From contig CAWAIF010000003.1 of assembly GCA_963782055.1 (NCBI GenBank), positions 3,744,001 through 3,808,000 of the forward strand: a DNA stretch of 64,000 nt. Reading direction: 5' to 3'. Both the position numbers and the translations under genes were made by a program. Below the pieces are notes generated by a model, which did not search any database, was not told the DNA's origin, and saw only the letters and a list, made by a program, of their open reading frames with translations. Of this stretch, positions 1-9,970 are shown piece after piece. Positions within the stretch are counted from its first letter, which is position 1. Every line of letters starts with the position of its first letter. The DNA comes from an uncultured delta proteobacterium (lineage in GTDB: Bacteria > Myxococcota_A > Polyangia > Polyangiales > Polyangiaceae).

Positions 1-1245
1 CCCGACCGCATCCAGCGCCTGAACGACGGCGTCATCCCCATCTACGAGCCCGGCCTCGCCGACCTGGTGCGCCGCAACGAGCGCAACGGCCGCCTGCGCT
101 TCGCCACCGCGCTCCTGCCCGAGTACACCGACGCCGACGTCTACTTCATCTGCGTGGGCACCCCCCCGGACGAGAAGGGCGACGCCGACACCCGGGCGGT
201 GCTCACCGCCGCCGACACCATCGCGGCCGCCGCGAAGAAGGACGCCCTCGTCGCGGTCAAGAGCACCGTGCCCGTGGGCACCTGTGACGCCGTGCAGGAC
301 CGCCTGGCGGCCTCTGCGGTGCACCTGGAGGCCGTGTCCAACCCGGAGTTCCTGAAGGAGGGCGCCGCCCTCAACGACTTCTTCCGCCCCGACCGCGTCA
401 TCCTCGGCGCCGACAGCGAGCGCGCCCACGAGAAGCTGCGCGATCTCTACGCCCCGCTGCAGCTCTCCGGCGAGCGCGTCGTCATGACCGACCGCCGCTC
501 CAGCGAGCTCATCAAGTACGCCTCCAACACCATGCTCGCCATGCGCGTCAGCTTCATGAACGAGCTGTCTCGCCTCTGTCACGTGACCGGCGCCGACATC
601 CACGCCGTGCGGCTGGGCGTCGGCTCCGACGCCCGCATCGGCAAGCGCTTTTTGTACGCCGGCCCCGGCTACGGCGGCTCCTGCTTCCCCAAGGACGTGC
701 ACGCCCTCATCCACCTGGGCGCCAAGCACGGCGTACCCATGCGCCTCGCCGAGGCCACGCACCAGGCCAACAAGGAGCAGGGGCGCTTCCTGGTGGAGCT
801 GGTGGAGTCCGCGGTCGGCCCGCTGCGCGACAAGGTCATCGCCCTCTGGGGCCTCGCCTTCAAGCCGGAGACCGACGACGTGCGCGAGGCTCCCGCCGTC
901 GCCCTCGCGGAGGCGCTCCTCGCCAAGGGCGCCACCCTTGTCGGCCACGATCCCGAGGCCGGCGCCAGCTTCGACCGCGTCATGCGCGGCCGCGTGCGCA
1001 TCGTCGCTCGCGACTACGACGCCGTCACCGGCGCGGACGCCCTGGTCCTGCTCACCGAGTGGCGCAGCTACCGCGCCCCCAACTTCCCGGAGATCAAGCG
1101 GGTGATGCGCGGCGACGCCGTCATCGACGCCCGCAACGTCTGGCGCCCCAGCGAGGTGATCCGCGCCGGCCTCCGCTACCAGGGCGTGGGCGTGCACACC
1201 CTCGACCCTTCGCGCCTCTCCTCGCCGCGCCTGCCGGGGGAGTGA
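1..1245 (+). CDS. ugd: UDP-glucose 6-dehydrogenase (5' end outside window)
   Basis: Frame open from base 1 (PIYEPGL). Motifs CVGTP, KSTVPVG, SNPEFLKEG, catalytic GYGGSCFPKD, GLAFKPETDDVRE. Confidence 0.95.
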   Translation, partial: PDRIQRLNDGVIPIYEPGLADLVRRNERNGRLRFATALLPEYTDADVYFICVGTPPDEKGDADTRAVLTAADTIAAAAKKDALVAVKSTVPVGTCDAVQDRLAASAVHLEAVSNPEFLKEGAALNDFFRPDRVILGADSERAHEKLRDLYAPLQLSGERVVMTDRRSSELIKYASNTMLAMRVSFMNELSRLCHVTGADIHAVRLGVGSDARIGKRFLYAGPGYGGSCFPKDVHALIHLGAKHGVPMRLAEATHQANKEQGRFLVELVESAVGPLRDKVIALWGLAFKPETDDVREAPAVALAEALLAKGATLVGHDPEAGASFDRVMRGRVRIVARDYDAVTGADALVLLTEWRSYRAPNFPEIKRVMRGDAVIDARNVWRPSEVIRAGLRYQGVGVHTLDPSRLSSPRLPGE

Positions 1246-1249
1246 CGCC

Positions 1250-2209
1250 ATGGCGCGCTGGCTCGTCACCGGCGGCGTGGGCTTCATCGGCTACCACCTG
1301 TGCGCCGCGATGCTCGCGCGCGGTGACGAGGTCACCGTCATCGACGACTTCAGCGACGCCCCCTACCCCGCCGCCGAGAAGCGCCGCAACGAGCGCGACC
1401 TGGTGGGGGCCTTCGGCGCTCGTGTCACGATCGTGACGAAGTGTGTTACGGACCGCGAGGCCCTGCGCCCGCACTTCGCCGGCCTGGACGGCGTCATCCA
1501 CCTCGCCGGCCTGGCGGGCGTGCGCCCCTCCTTCCGCGATCCCGCCCGCTACGCGCGCGTCAACGTGGAGGGCACCGCGGTCACGCTGGAGCTCGCCCGG
1601 CAGGCGGGGGTGCCGCGCTACCTCTTCGCCTCCAGCTCCTCGGTCTACGGCAACTCGACCCCGCTGCCGGCGCGCGAGGACGCCCCGGCGATCGAGCCGG
1701 AGTCCCCCTACGCCGCCTCCAAGCGCGGCGCGGAGCTGGTGGCGAGCTCCATCGGCCGCATCGCGCCGGAGCTGCCGTGCACCGCGCTGCGCTTCTTCAC
1801 GGTCTACGGCCCGCGCCAGCGGCCGGAGATGGCCATCACCCTCTTCATGCGCGCGGTGCTCGCGGGCAAGCCCATCTCCGTCTTCGGCGATGGATCCATG
1901 CGCCGCGACTTCACCCACGTCGACGACATCGTGCGCGGGGTGCTCGCCGCCGCGGAGAAGGCGCCGCGCGGCTTCCGCGCCTACAACCTGGGCTCCGGCG
2001 CGCCCATCCGCCTGGGGGACCTGGTCACCGCCATCGGCGAGGCCGCCGGCAAGGCCCCGGTGGTGGAGCGCGCGCCCGTCCCGCCCGGCGATGTCGACGC
2101 GACCTTCGCCGACATCCGCCGCGCCGCCGAGGAGCTCGGCTGGTCCCCGCGCGTCCTCGTGCGCGACGGTCTGCAGACCGTCCGCGACTGGGTCAGAGAC
2201 CACCCCTGA
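1250..2209 (+). CDS. NAD-dependent NDP-sugar epimerase (UDP-glucuronate 4-epimerase-like)
   Basis: GGVGFIG Rossmann motif, HLAGLAGVRPS, ASSSSVYG, YAASK, RFFTVYGPRQRPEMA; 4 bp after ugd. Confidence 0.9.
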   Translation: MARWLVTGGVGFIGYHLCAAMLARGDEVTVIDDFSDAPYPAAEKRRNERDLVGAFGARVTIVTKCVTDREALRPHFAGLDGVIHLAGLAGVRPSFRDPARYARVNVEGTAVTLELARQAGVPRYLFASSSSVYGNSTPLPAREDAPAIEPESPYAASKRGAELVASSIGRIAPELPCTALRFFTVYGPRQRPEMAITLFMRAVLAGKPISVFGDGSMRRDFTHVDDIVRGVLAAAEKAPRGFRAYNLGSGAPIRLGDLVTAIGEAAGKAPVVERAPVPPGDVDATFADIRRAAEELGWSPRVLVRDGLQTVRDWVRDHP

Positions 2210-2246
2210 GCCGCACTCGTCGACGCGCCCTCTTGGCGCCATCCTC

Positions 2247-3764
2247 TCAGCTCGCGAACTGGGGGTGCTTCTGCTGCGGCGTCGCCCTGCCCGCCGGGCG
2301 CAGGTGGCCCATCAGGTACACGCCGCCGTTCATGATCCCCCACGAGCGCGCGTGGCGGAGCGTCGTCATCCACTGCACCACCTTCGGCCCGGAGGCCGCG
2401 GGGCGCAGGCCGCTCGCCGAGGCGTGGTCCTGCGAGTGCTGGAAGGCCTCCGCCACCCGCTGCTGCACCACGAAGGGATGCGCCCGCTCCCGCGCGACGC
2501 GGCTCGCGTTCATCCCCAGGCGCGCGCGAAGCTGCGGATCGCGGATGAGGGTCACCACCGCCCGGCCGAAGTCGGCGTTGGCGTCGGCCTCCGCCGCCCG
2601 ACCCTTCCCCGGCGGCAGCAGGATGCCGTTCACGCCGTCCTGGAGCTGCGAGGAGATGCCCATGCCGTCGGCGAAGGCGACGGTGGGTGAGCCGCACCAG
2701 AGCGCCTCCCCCATCACGTTGCCGTACGTCTCGCTGAGCGAGACGTGCACGAAGACATCCGCGTAGGCGTAGTAGTCCGCCATCTTCAGGAAGGGCACCT
2801 CCCCGGCGAAGAAGACGCGATCGGCGATGCCCAGCTCCTCCGCCTGACGGCGAAGGAAATCGGTCTGCGGGCCGAGCCCGAGCAGGGTGAGAGTGGCCTC
2901 CGGCTCGGCGGGTAGCACGTGCTTGGCGAAGATGCTCACCAGCCTGTCGTGCGACTTCTCCCGCGTGTGGCGCCCGGCGCAGAGCAGACGCGGGCCACGA
3001 CGCGGCAGGAAGGTGTAGGGGTCCTCGCCCAGCGGGCGATCGAAGATCTCCGGCTGCACGGTGCGCGGCACCACGTGGATGGGCGTCGTGACCCCGCGCT
3101 CGCGCCAGTACGTCCGTAGCCCCTCGGAGAGGACCATGAGCCCGTCACCCTGGTTGTACAGGTTGACGAAGGTGCGCTCGTACGGGCGCTTCAGGATGAT
3201 CTCCAGGCCGGCCTGGAAGGTCTCCATGCGCGACAGCTTCTCCGGGAGCAGGACGTCGTAGGCCGCCGCCAGGTGGGTCGTGTTGACCATCAGCAGGGGG
3301 ATGCCCTTCATCTTCCGCAGCCAGATGCCGAACTCGTGCACCATCGAGGTGACCGAGGCGAAGATGAGGTCGTAGTTCCAGCGGTCGGGGTCGAAGACCC
3401 ACCGCTCCAGGGGCATGGGCAGGTGCAGGCCCGGGTAGCTCCGCAGGGGCATGCTGGGGAGCTGGATGGTACCCGGCGCGAGGTCCTCGGGTATGGCGTC
3501 GGGGTCGTGGGCGCCGATGACTGTGACTTCGTGACCACACCGTCGCAATTCTTGATACAGGTGCCGTGTCTGGAACACTGCACCGTTGGCGTACGTCACC
3601 CGGATGAAATCGCTGAGTAGAGCGATACGCAGCGGGCGCCCGTAGCGGGAGCTGAGGGCCTCGAAGGGGTGAGGCTTCCCGGCGTGCGGATTGCCGACAA
3701 ACGCCGGTCTTTGGGCAGCGCGCGGGGAGGGAAAGCGGAGTAGAGAAGCGGAAGGAGGGCTCAT
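2247..3764 (-). CDS. GT4 (GT-B fold) glycosyltransferase
   Basis: RIALLSDF...NGA N-terminus, GRHTREKS, SLSETYGNVMGEA (EX7E). Start placed at ATG 3764 because the ORF extension to 4130 overlaps the next gene. Confidence 0.85.
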   Translation of the reverse strand: MSPPSASLLRFPSPRAAQRPAFVGNPHAGKPHPFEALSSRYGRPLRIALLSDFIRVTYANGAVFQTRHLYQELRRCGHEVTVIGAHDPDAIPEDLAPGTIQLPSMPLRSYPGLHLPMPLERWVFDPDRWNYDLIFASVTSMVHEFGIWLRKMKGIPLLMVNTTHLAAAYDVLLPEKLSRMETFQAGLEIILKRPYERTFVNLYNQGDGLMVLSEGLRTYWRERGVTTPIHVVPRTVQPEIFDRPLGEDPYTFLPRRGPRLLCAGRHTREKSHDRLVSIFAKHVLPAEPEATLTLLGLGPQTDFLRRQAEELGIADRVFFAGEVPFLKMADYYAYADVFVHVSLSETYGNVMGEALWCGSPTVAFADGMGISSQLQDGVNGILLPPGKGRAAEADANADFGRAVVTLIRDPQLRARLGMNASRVARERAHPFVVQQRVAEAFQHSQDHASASGLRPAASGPKVVQWMTTLRHARSWGIMNGGVYLMGHLRPAGRATPQQKHPQFAS

Positions 3765-3773
3765 GGAAAGCCG

Positions 3774-4979
3774 ATGAAAGTCCTGGACGTGACGGAGTTT
3801 TATTCGGAGCGAGGCGGCGGCGTTCGCAGCTACCTCACCCTGAAGAACCACGTTTCGTGCCAGCTTGGTCACGAGCACGTGATCCTGGCGCCCGGCCCGA
3901 GGCGGGCAGCCGGTCCCAACCGGGACCCCAGCTCGAAGGTCATCCGGATCCCCGGGCCCTCGATGCCTTACGACGCCACCTACCACCTGCTGTGGCGCGT
4001 CGACAAGATCCGCGAGGAAATCCGCCGGCAGCAGCCGGACGTGCTGGAGATCCACTCGCCCTACGTGGCGGCCCTGGGGGCGCTGGCGGCCCCGAGGGGG
4101 TCCTTCGGCCTGCGCACCTTCGTCTGGCACTCCGACTTCATCGACACCTACGCCCGCGTCCTGCGGCTACAGGAGCGGATGGGCGCGCGCGCGGCGGACG
4201 CGGTGGTGCGCCCGCTCTGGGCCTGGGTGCGCCGGATCGGCTGGGGGTGCGACGCGACGATCGTGGCGAGCCGGTGGCAACAGGAGAAGCTGGCGAGCCA
4301 CGGCGTGCCCCGGCTGCACCGCCTGCCCTTCGGCGTGGACAAGCAGGTGTTCCGGCCGGAGGCGGCCGGCGAGGCGTGCAGGCAGGAGCTGCTCGGGCCG
4401 GACGGCGGCGATCTGCTGCTCGCGGTGGGGCGTCTGGCGGTCGAGAAGGAGTGGGACGTGGTGCTGGACGCGTTCGTCACGCTGCGGGAGACGCGGCGCG
4501 CCACCCTCGTCGTCTTCGGCGACGGCCCGGAGCGCGCGCGGCTGGAGGCGAAGGTGCGCGGGCGCGCGGACGTCCGCTTCATGGGCTTCGTCACCGACCG
4601 CGCCGCGCTCGCCTCGGCGATGGCCAGCGCCGACGCGCTGGTGCACGCGTGCCCGCACGAGACCTTCGGCATCGGCATGGCGGAGGCGATCGCCTGCGGC
4701 CTGCCCCTGGTGGTACCCGATCGCGGCGGGGCGGTGGAGCAGGCGCGGCCGGAGTACGCCGAGACCTTCGCCTCCGGCGACGCGGCGGCGTGCGCGGCGG
4801 CCGTCGCGCGGCTGCTCGACCGCGATCGCCCGTCGCTGCGCGCCGCGACGCGCGCGGCCGGCGGAGCCGTGCTGGGCCAGCAGGAGCACTTCGAGCGGCT
4901 GTTCGCGCTCTACGAGGAGCTGGGGGCCGCGCGCCGCGCGCGAGGCGGCGCTACGCTCCCGGAGAGGCCCGTCGCGTGA
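3774..4979 (+). CDS. GT4 glycosyltransferase
   Basis: MKVLDVTEFYSERGGGVRSY, VGRLAVEK, ETFGIGMAEAIACG. Confidence 0.9.
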   Translation: MKVLDVTEFYSERGGGVRSYLTLKNHVSCQLGHEHVILAPGPRRAAGPNRDPSSKVIRIPGPSMPYDATYHLLWRVDKIREEIRRQQPDVLEIHSPYVAALGALAAPRGSFGLRTFVWHSDFIDTYARVLRLQERMGARAADAVVRPLWAWVRRIGWGCDATIVASRWQQEKLASHGVPRLHRLPFGVDKQVFRPEAAGEACRQELLGPDGGDLLLAVGRLAVEKEWDVVLDAFVTLRETRRATLVVFGDGPERARLEAKVRGRADVRFMGFVTDRAALASAMASADALVHACPHETFGIGMAEAIACGLPLVVPDRGGAVEQARPEYAETFASGDAAACAAAVARLLDRDRPSLRAATRAAGGAVLGQQEHFERLFALYEELGAARRARGGATLPERPVA

Positions 4980-5728
4980 CCGTCCACCTCTCCATCCACG
5001 ACGTCTCCCCCGCCTGGTCGCAGGAGGTGGAGGACGCCCTCGCCGCGTGCCACGCCGTCGGCGGCCGCCCTGCCCTGCTGGTGGTGCCCGACTTCCACGG
5101 CCAGTGGCCCCTGCCCCGCTACCCCGAGTTCTGCAAGCGGCTGCGCGCGCTGCAGCAGGATGGGCACGAGGTCTACCTCCACGGCTACTACCACCTCGCC
5201 GGGCCGGGCGGCGGAGAGGGCGAGGCGCGACGCGGCGACGGTCGCGCGCTGGGCCTGCGCCGCTTCTACGCGCAGCGCGTGGTCTCCGGCGGCGAGGCGG
5301 AGTTCTCCGACGTGTCGCGCGCGGAGGCGGAGCGGCGGCTGGAGGAGGGCGAGAAGGTCCTCGCGGAGGCGGGCCTGCGCATCGACGGCTTCATCGCCCC
5401 GGCGTGGTCGATGCCGCGCTGGCTGATGCCGCTGCTCGCGGCCCGCGGCTACCGCTACACCGAGGACCACATGCGCGTCTACGACCCCGCCGGCCGTCGG
5501 CGGCGCGCCAGCCTGGTGCTCAACTTCGCCAGCCGCACGCCGGCGCGCCTCTGGTCCAGCGTCGCGCTGTGCCGCGCGGCGGGGCCGACGCGCGGGCTGG
5601 TTCCGACGCGCGTGGCGATCCACCCGGGGGACATGCGCCATCCGGTGCTGCGCCGCGAGGTCACGCGCATCCTCACGTGGGCGTCGAAGGATCGCCTCAC
5701 CTCCCACGGCCGCGCGCTGCTGGACTGA
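4976..5728 (+). CDS. Polysaccharide deacetylase-like protein (DUF2334/NodB-like)
   Basis: GTGA overlap with the upstream GT. Motifs SIHDVSP, LHGYYH, GFIAPAW, RVAIHP. Confidence 0.8.
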   Translation: MTVHLSIHDVSPAWSQEVEDALAACHAVGGRPALLVVPDFHGQWPLPRYPEFCKRLRALQQDGHEVYLHGYYHLAGPGGGEGEARRGDGRALGLRRFYAQRVVSGGEAEFSDVSRAEAERRLEEGEKVLAEAGLRIDGFIAPAWSMPRWLMPLLAARGYRYTEDHMRVYDPAGRRRRASLVLNFASRTPARLWSSVALCRAAGPTRGLVPTRVAIHPGDMRHPVLRREVTRILTWASKDRLTSHGRALLD

Positions 5729-5730
5729 CG

Positions 5731-8439
5731 TCACCCCCCGGCGCCGTCTCCCCCGGAGGGAGCGGGGGTGCTGCTCTTGCGCGGGAACAGTCGGTTCATC
5801 GCGTGCAGCAGGGCCGGGAGCACGAAGAGCGCGGAGGTGATGCACGCGATCTCCCCGCTCATCGCGAGGCGGCCGAAGGACTGCAGCGCCTGCTGGTCGG
5901 ACACGAGCATGGAGCTGTAGCCGATGGTCGTCGTGTAGCTGCACAGCGCCACCGCGCCGCCGGAGAGGCGCACCGCGCTGGAGACGTCGCCCTTCAGCAG
6001 GCGTGAGCGATCGAAGATGTTGAAGGGGTACTCGCTGCCGATGCCGAAGGTGATCGGCAGGGCGATGAAGTTGAAGAAGTTGAGCTTCATCCCGCCGAGC
6101 GCCGCCCCGCCGAGCGTGACGCCCACCGCCAGGACCAGCGCCGCGATGACCGCGAACGCGCCGCGCAGGCTGCTCGTCGCGATGAGGATCACCGCCACCA
6201 CGGCGCAGAAGGACACGCCGGTGGCGAGCGGGCCGTCGCGCTGCATCGACCGGATGATCTCGGCGAAGACGGTGGAGCGGCTCGCCGTCTGCACCACCGT
6301 ACCGTCGCGCAGGTGGACGTTGTCGGTCGTCTTGGCGATGCGCAGCAGGATGTGGCCGTCGGAGAAGGAGATGTTGTTGTGGAACTTGACGTAAAAGACG
6401 GTGCCGACGCGGCCGTCGTTCTCCTCGAAGCGCCGTCGCAGCAGCGGCGGGAGGTCCTCCGCCCGGATGGGCTTCAGGCCCTCGGGCGGCATCAGCTCCT
6501 TCGCCTTCTTGCGCTCGTCGTCCGTCAGGCGCGCCATCACGCCCGGAGTGAAGCGGTCGCGGATGTCCTGGAGCACCGCCAGCTTCTTCTTCTGCTCCTG
6601 CACGGTGCCGGGCAAAAGGTCCGCCACCGTCGCCACCTCCGCCACCAGCCGGCCCTGCGGGTCCTTGGCGTCGTTGTCCAGGATGGCCTGCTTGATGAGC
6701 GGCACCTGCGCCGGGCTGTCGGCCAGCATCAGCGCGCCGGCGATGTTCATCTTCCCGCCGAACACCTTGTCGGCCTTGTCGCTCCAGGCGCCGGCGCCGG
6801 ACACCTTCGTCCCGCGCGAGCCGAGGCGGCCCCAGTCGTACTCCCACGGGTCGTGCAGGAAGCCGGGCAGCGTGTGCATCGCGTACGCCCCGCCGGCGAT
6901 GGCCACCAGGACCACCGTGAAGGGCGCCCGCTCGGTGATCCACGCGATGCCGCGCATCACCGGGCCGCGCCCCTCGTGTGTGGGGTCGCGGAGGGGGCGG
7001 TCGCGCATCCAGGCCGGCACGCGCGTCTGGATCCACTCGTCGACCACCAGCAGCGCGGGTACGCACGGGATCATGCTGATCCACACCAGCAGCATCCCCA
7101 CGAAGCCGATGACGCCGAACTGGTTGAAGCCGCGGAAGTGCGTGACGACGAGCGAGCCGTAGGCGATCGACGCGACGAGCGAGCCGACGAGCTCGGCGCG
7201 GAAGGCGTTGAGCACGGCCTCCCGCCGCGCGTCCCGGGGCGGCATCCCCCGCGCGCGGAACTCGCGGTACCGGTTGAGCAGGACGATGGGGTAGTTGATG
7301 CCGTTGCCCAGGATGATGGCGCCCAGGAACGCCCCCGACGTGTTGACGAAGCCGTAGCGCCACATGGCGAAGCTGTAGGCCACGCCCACGCCGATGGCCG
7401 CCGGCAGGGCGATGACCAGCGGCGCCCACGGCGAGCGGAAGAAGACGACGATGCCGATGAAGATGAGGACGAAGGCGCCGCCGGTGGCCCACGCCGCGTC
7501 GCTCACCAACGAGTCCTTCTCCTCGATGGCGTTGGGAATGTCGCCGGCGTAGCCGACCTCGATCCGCGGGTCGATGGACGCGGGGTTCACCGTCCCCACC
7601 ATGCGCTTCACGCGCGCGAGCAGAGAGTCGCCGCCGGCGTCGCCCAGGCCGCGCGTGGTGGAGATGATGCGCAGCCCCATCATCGTGCCGTCGGGCGTGG
7701 CGAAGTAGCCGGTGGGGAAGTCGTCGTACTTCTGCGCGCGGGAGTTCCACTCGTCGTAGAAGCGGTCCATCCCCAGGTCGTGGTCCCCCTTCGGCGCGGG
7801 GGCGGCGCCGCCCCCGTGGCCGGGTGCCGGCGCGGGCGCGGGGTCGTCCGACTCCAGATCGCTCACCAGCCCGGAGCGGATGGCGATCTGGTGGTCGAGG
7901 GTGTCATCGGCCTTCTGCAGGTCGTCGAGGTCCGCGTACAGCCACTTGTGCTGCTGGAAGAAGGTGCGAACGTCCTTGGTCCCCGACTCGACGTACGCGA
8001 TGAGGTCGGGCCCGCACTTCGCGATGCAACGGCCGTCCTGGCCGCATCGCGCGTCCTCCGGCTTCTCCTCCGCCTTTCCGGGGGCGGGCGGCGGCGTGCC
8101 CAGCACCGAGTGCACGCACTCGCCGTGCTCCTTCAGGGAGGCCTGGAGCTGGGCGGCGAGCGCGTCGATGAAGCGCTCGTTGGCCTTCCGGTCCGGCGAC
8201 TGCGCCACCACGATGAGGGAGGAGCCGCCGCCCACGCGGCCGAGCTGGTGCTCGAACGCCTGGAAGCCGGGGCTGTCGCGGGGCAGCAGCTCGAGCAGGT
8301 CGCTGTTCAGACGGAAGTGGGTGTAGGCGTACGTCCAGGAGCCGAACAGCACGCCGAAGGCGAGCAGGAGCACGACGAACGGGTGCTCCCCGCTGGTGTC
8401 GACGAGCCGGCCGATGAGGTCGCGGAAGCGCGCCCTCAC
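5731..8439 (-). CDS. MMPL/RND-family lipid transporter (HpnN-like architecture)
   Basis: 902 aa with two repeats of [TM, large loop, about 5 TM]; GAIILGNGINY and LPITFGIGSEY at RND TM4/TM10-like positions. Confidence 0.85.
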   Translation of the reverse strand: MRARFRDLIGRLVDTSGEHPFVVLLLAFGVLFGSWTYAYTHFRLNSDLLELLPRDSPGFQAFEHQLGRVGGGSSLIVVAQSPDRKANERFIDALAAQLQASLKEHGECVHSVLGTPPPAPGKAEEKPEDARCGQDGRCIAKCGPDLIAYVESGTKDVRTFFQQHKWLYADLDDLQKADDTLDHQIAIRSGLVSDLESDDPAPAPAPGHGGGAAPAPKGDHDLGMDRFYDEWNSRAQKYDDFPTGYFATPDGTMMGLRIISTTRGLGDAGGDSLLARVKRMVGTVNPASIDPRIEVGYAGDIPNAIEEKDSLVSDAAWATGGAFVLIFIGIVVFFRSPWAPLVIALPAAIGVGVAYSFAMWRYGFVNTSGAFLGAIILGNGINYPIVLLNRYREFRARGMPPRDARREAVLNAFRAELVGSLVASIAYGSLVVTHFRGFNQFGVIGFVGMLLVWISMIPCVPALLVVDEWIQTRVPAWMRDRPLRDPTHEGRGPVMRGIAWITERAPFTVVLVAIAGGAYAMHTLPGFLHDPWEYDWGRLGSRGTKVSGAGAWSDKADKVFGGKMNIAGALMLADSPAQVPLIKQAILDNDAKDPQGRLVAEVATVADLLPGTVQEQKKKLAVLQDIRDRFTPGVMARLTDDERKKAKELMPPEGLKPIRAEDLPPLLRRRFEENDGRVGTVFYVKFHNNISFSDGHILLRIAKTTDNVHLRDGTVVQTASRSTVFAEIIRSMQRDGPLATGVSFCAVVAVILIATSSLRGAFAVIAALVLAVGVTLGGAALGGMKLNFFNFIALPITFGIGSEYPFNIFDRSRLLKGDVSSAVRLSGGAVALCSYTTTIGYSSMLVSDQQALQSFGRLAMSGEIACITSALFVLPALLHAMNRLFPRKSSTPAPSGGDGAGG

Positions 8440-9770
8440 CGGTCGTGCCCCTCGCCCCCCGCACCGCCGGCCCGCGCCACGCGCTCGATCTCGGCCTGGA
8501 TGCGCCGCCCGTGGGCGCGTGCGTCGTACTCGCGCAGGACGAGCGCCCGCGCCGCGCGGCCCTGGCGCTCACGGAGGGCCGCGTCGCGGGCGTAGCGGAC
8601 GAACTGTGCGGCGAGGCCGTTCACGTCGGGCGGGCTCCCCGCAACGAGCGTGCCCGTCTCCCCGTCGCGGAGCATCTCCGCCACGCCGCCCACGTCGAAG
8701 GCGATGACGGGCAGGCCGAAGGCCATGCTCTCGATGACCGCCCGGGGCAACGGGTCGGCGTATACGCTCGGCACCACCGCGACATCGAAGTCACACACGT
8801 AGGGACGCACGTCCTCACGAAACCCGAGAAAACTCACCTTCTCGGCCACGCCGAGGCGCTGCGCCAGATCCTTGCATTCGGCCAGATGGTCCGGCCGGAG
8901 GTCCTCCGGCGTGTCCCCCAGGATGGCAAAGTGCACCTGACCGCGTTCTTCCTCGGAGAGCTGTTCCAGCGCCAGCCGCGCCGCCCGGACCATCTCCACG
9001 TAACCCTTGCGTCGAAGGATGCGCCCCTGGCTGCCGAAGACCACCACATTCGCGCCGAGACCGAGCTCTCGCCTCAGGCGTGGCTCCACACGGCCGGGCT
9101 GGAACGCCTCCACGTCCAGGGCGTTGTGGATGACGGTCACCTTCTCCGGGCACTGCGGGAAGAGGGCGGCCGCCGCCCGCGAGACGCAGACGATCCGGCG
9201 CACGCCGCGGCTCGCGGCGAGGCTGTCGTGGAGCCTGCGCACCGGGCCCGGCACCGACGTGTAGCGCACGTGCCAGAGCGCCGGCACACCGCTGAAGCGC
9301 GCGATGGCGCCGCCGGCGAAGTCGGCGTTGGTGCCGTTGCAGTACAGCACGTCGAAGCGCCCACGCCGGGCGAGACGCGAGAGGCGGATCACCGCGCGGG
9401 TGCCGCGGCCGACGTTGCCCGCGAGCCGCACCGCCTTGACGGGCAGCGAGGCGTCGAAATCCGCGCGCTCCATCGCCCGGTCCCAGGGCTCGATGGGGTT
9501 CTCCACCAGGTCGGGCTCGAAGCAGAGCTCGTCGCTCACGCCGGCCAGCAGGTCGGCGATGATCCCAGGGCGGGGCAGCACCACCACCCGCTCCACCACG
9601 GCCGGGTCGAGGAACTTGAGGATGGTGTGCAGGCTCCTGCCCGGACCGCCGTTGCGGGCGGTGTCGTTCAGGAAGAGCACGCGAATTCGACTCCGAGCCG
9701 GAGGCTCGGAGGAAGAACGCGACCGACCGAGGCCGGAGGCCGAGGGAAGGTCGTGAATGCGAGCGGTCAC
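8436..9770 (-). CDS. GT4 glycosyltransferase (start uncertain)
   Basis: RVLFLNDTARNGGPGRSL, GRILRRKG, PSVYADPLPRAVIESMAFG; GTGA-coupled to the MMPL gene. Confidence 0.85.
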   Translation of the reverse strand: MTARIHDLPSASGLGRSRSSSEPPARSRIRVLFLNDTARNGGPGRSLHTILKFLDPAVVERVVVLPRPGIIADLLAGVSDELCFEPDLVENPIEPWDRAMERADFDASLPVKAVRLAGNVGRGTRAVIRLSRLARRGRFDVLYCNGTNADFAGGAIARFSGVPALWHVRYTSVPGPVRRLHDSLAASRGVRRIVCVSRAAAALFPQCPEKVTVIHNALDVEAFQPGRVEPRLRRELGLGANVVVFGSQGRILRRKGYVEMVRAARLALEQLSEEERGQVHFAILGDTPEDLRPDHLAECKDLAQRLGVAEKVSFLGFREDVRPYVCDFDVAVVPSVYADPLPRAVIESMAFGLPVIAFDVGGVAEMLRDGETGTLVAGSPPDVNGLAAQFVRYARDAALRERQGRAARALVLREYDARAHGRRIQAEIERVARAGGAGGEGHDR

Positions 9771-9970
9771 GCACGCCCCAAGGGACACAGAAAGACGCGC
9801 GACATTGCGCAGAGATTTTCGGCAATTAGCAGATGGATCCCGGCTTGGGAAGCGCATTGCACCCCCCTCCGGAAGATGGTACCGCCAGGCGCTTTCGCCT
9901 ATCTTCGTCAATCGAACTTCTTTCACCTGCGCTCCCACTCCGATGGCGGCGCGGGCCGCCCCGTCTTCCG

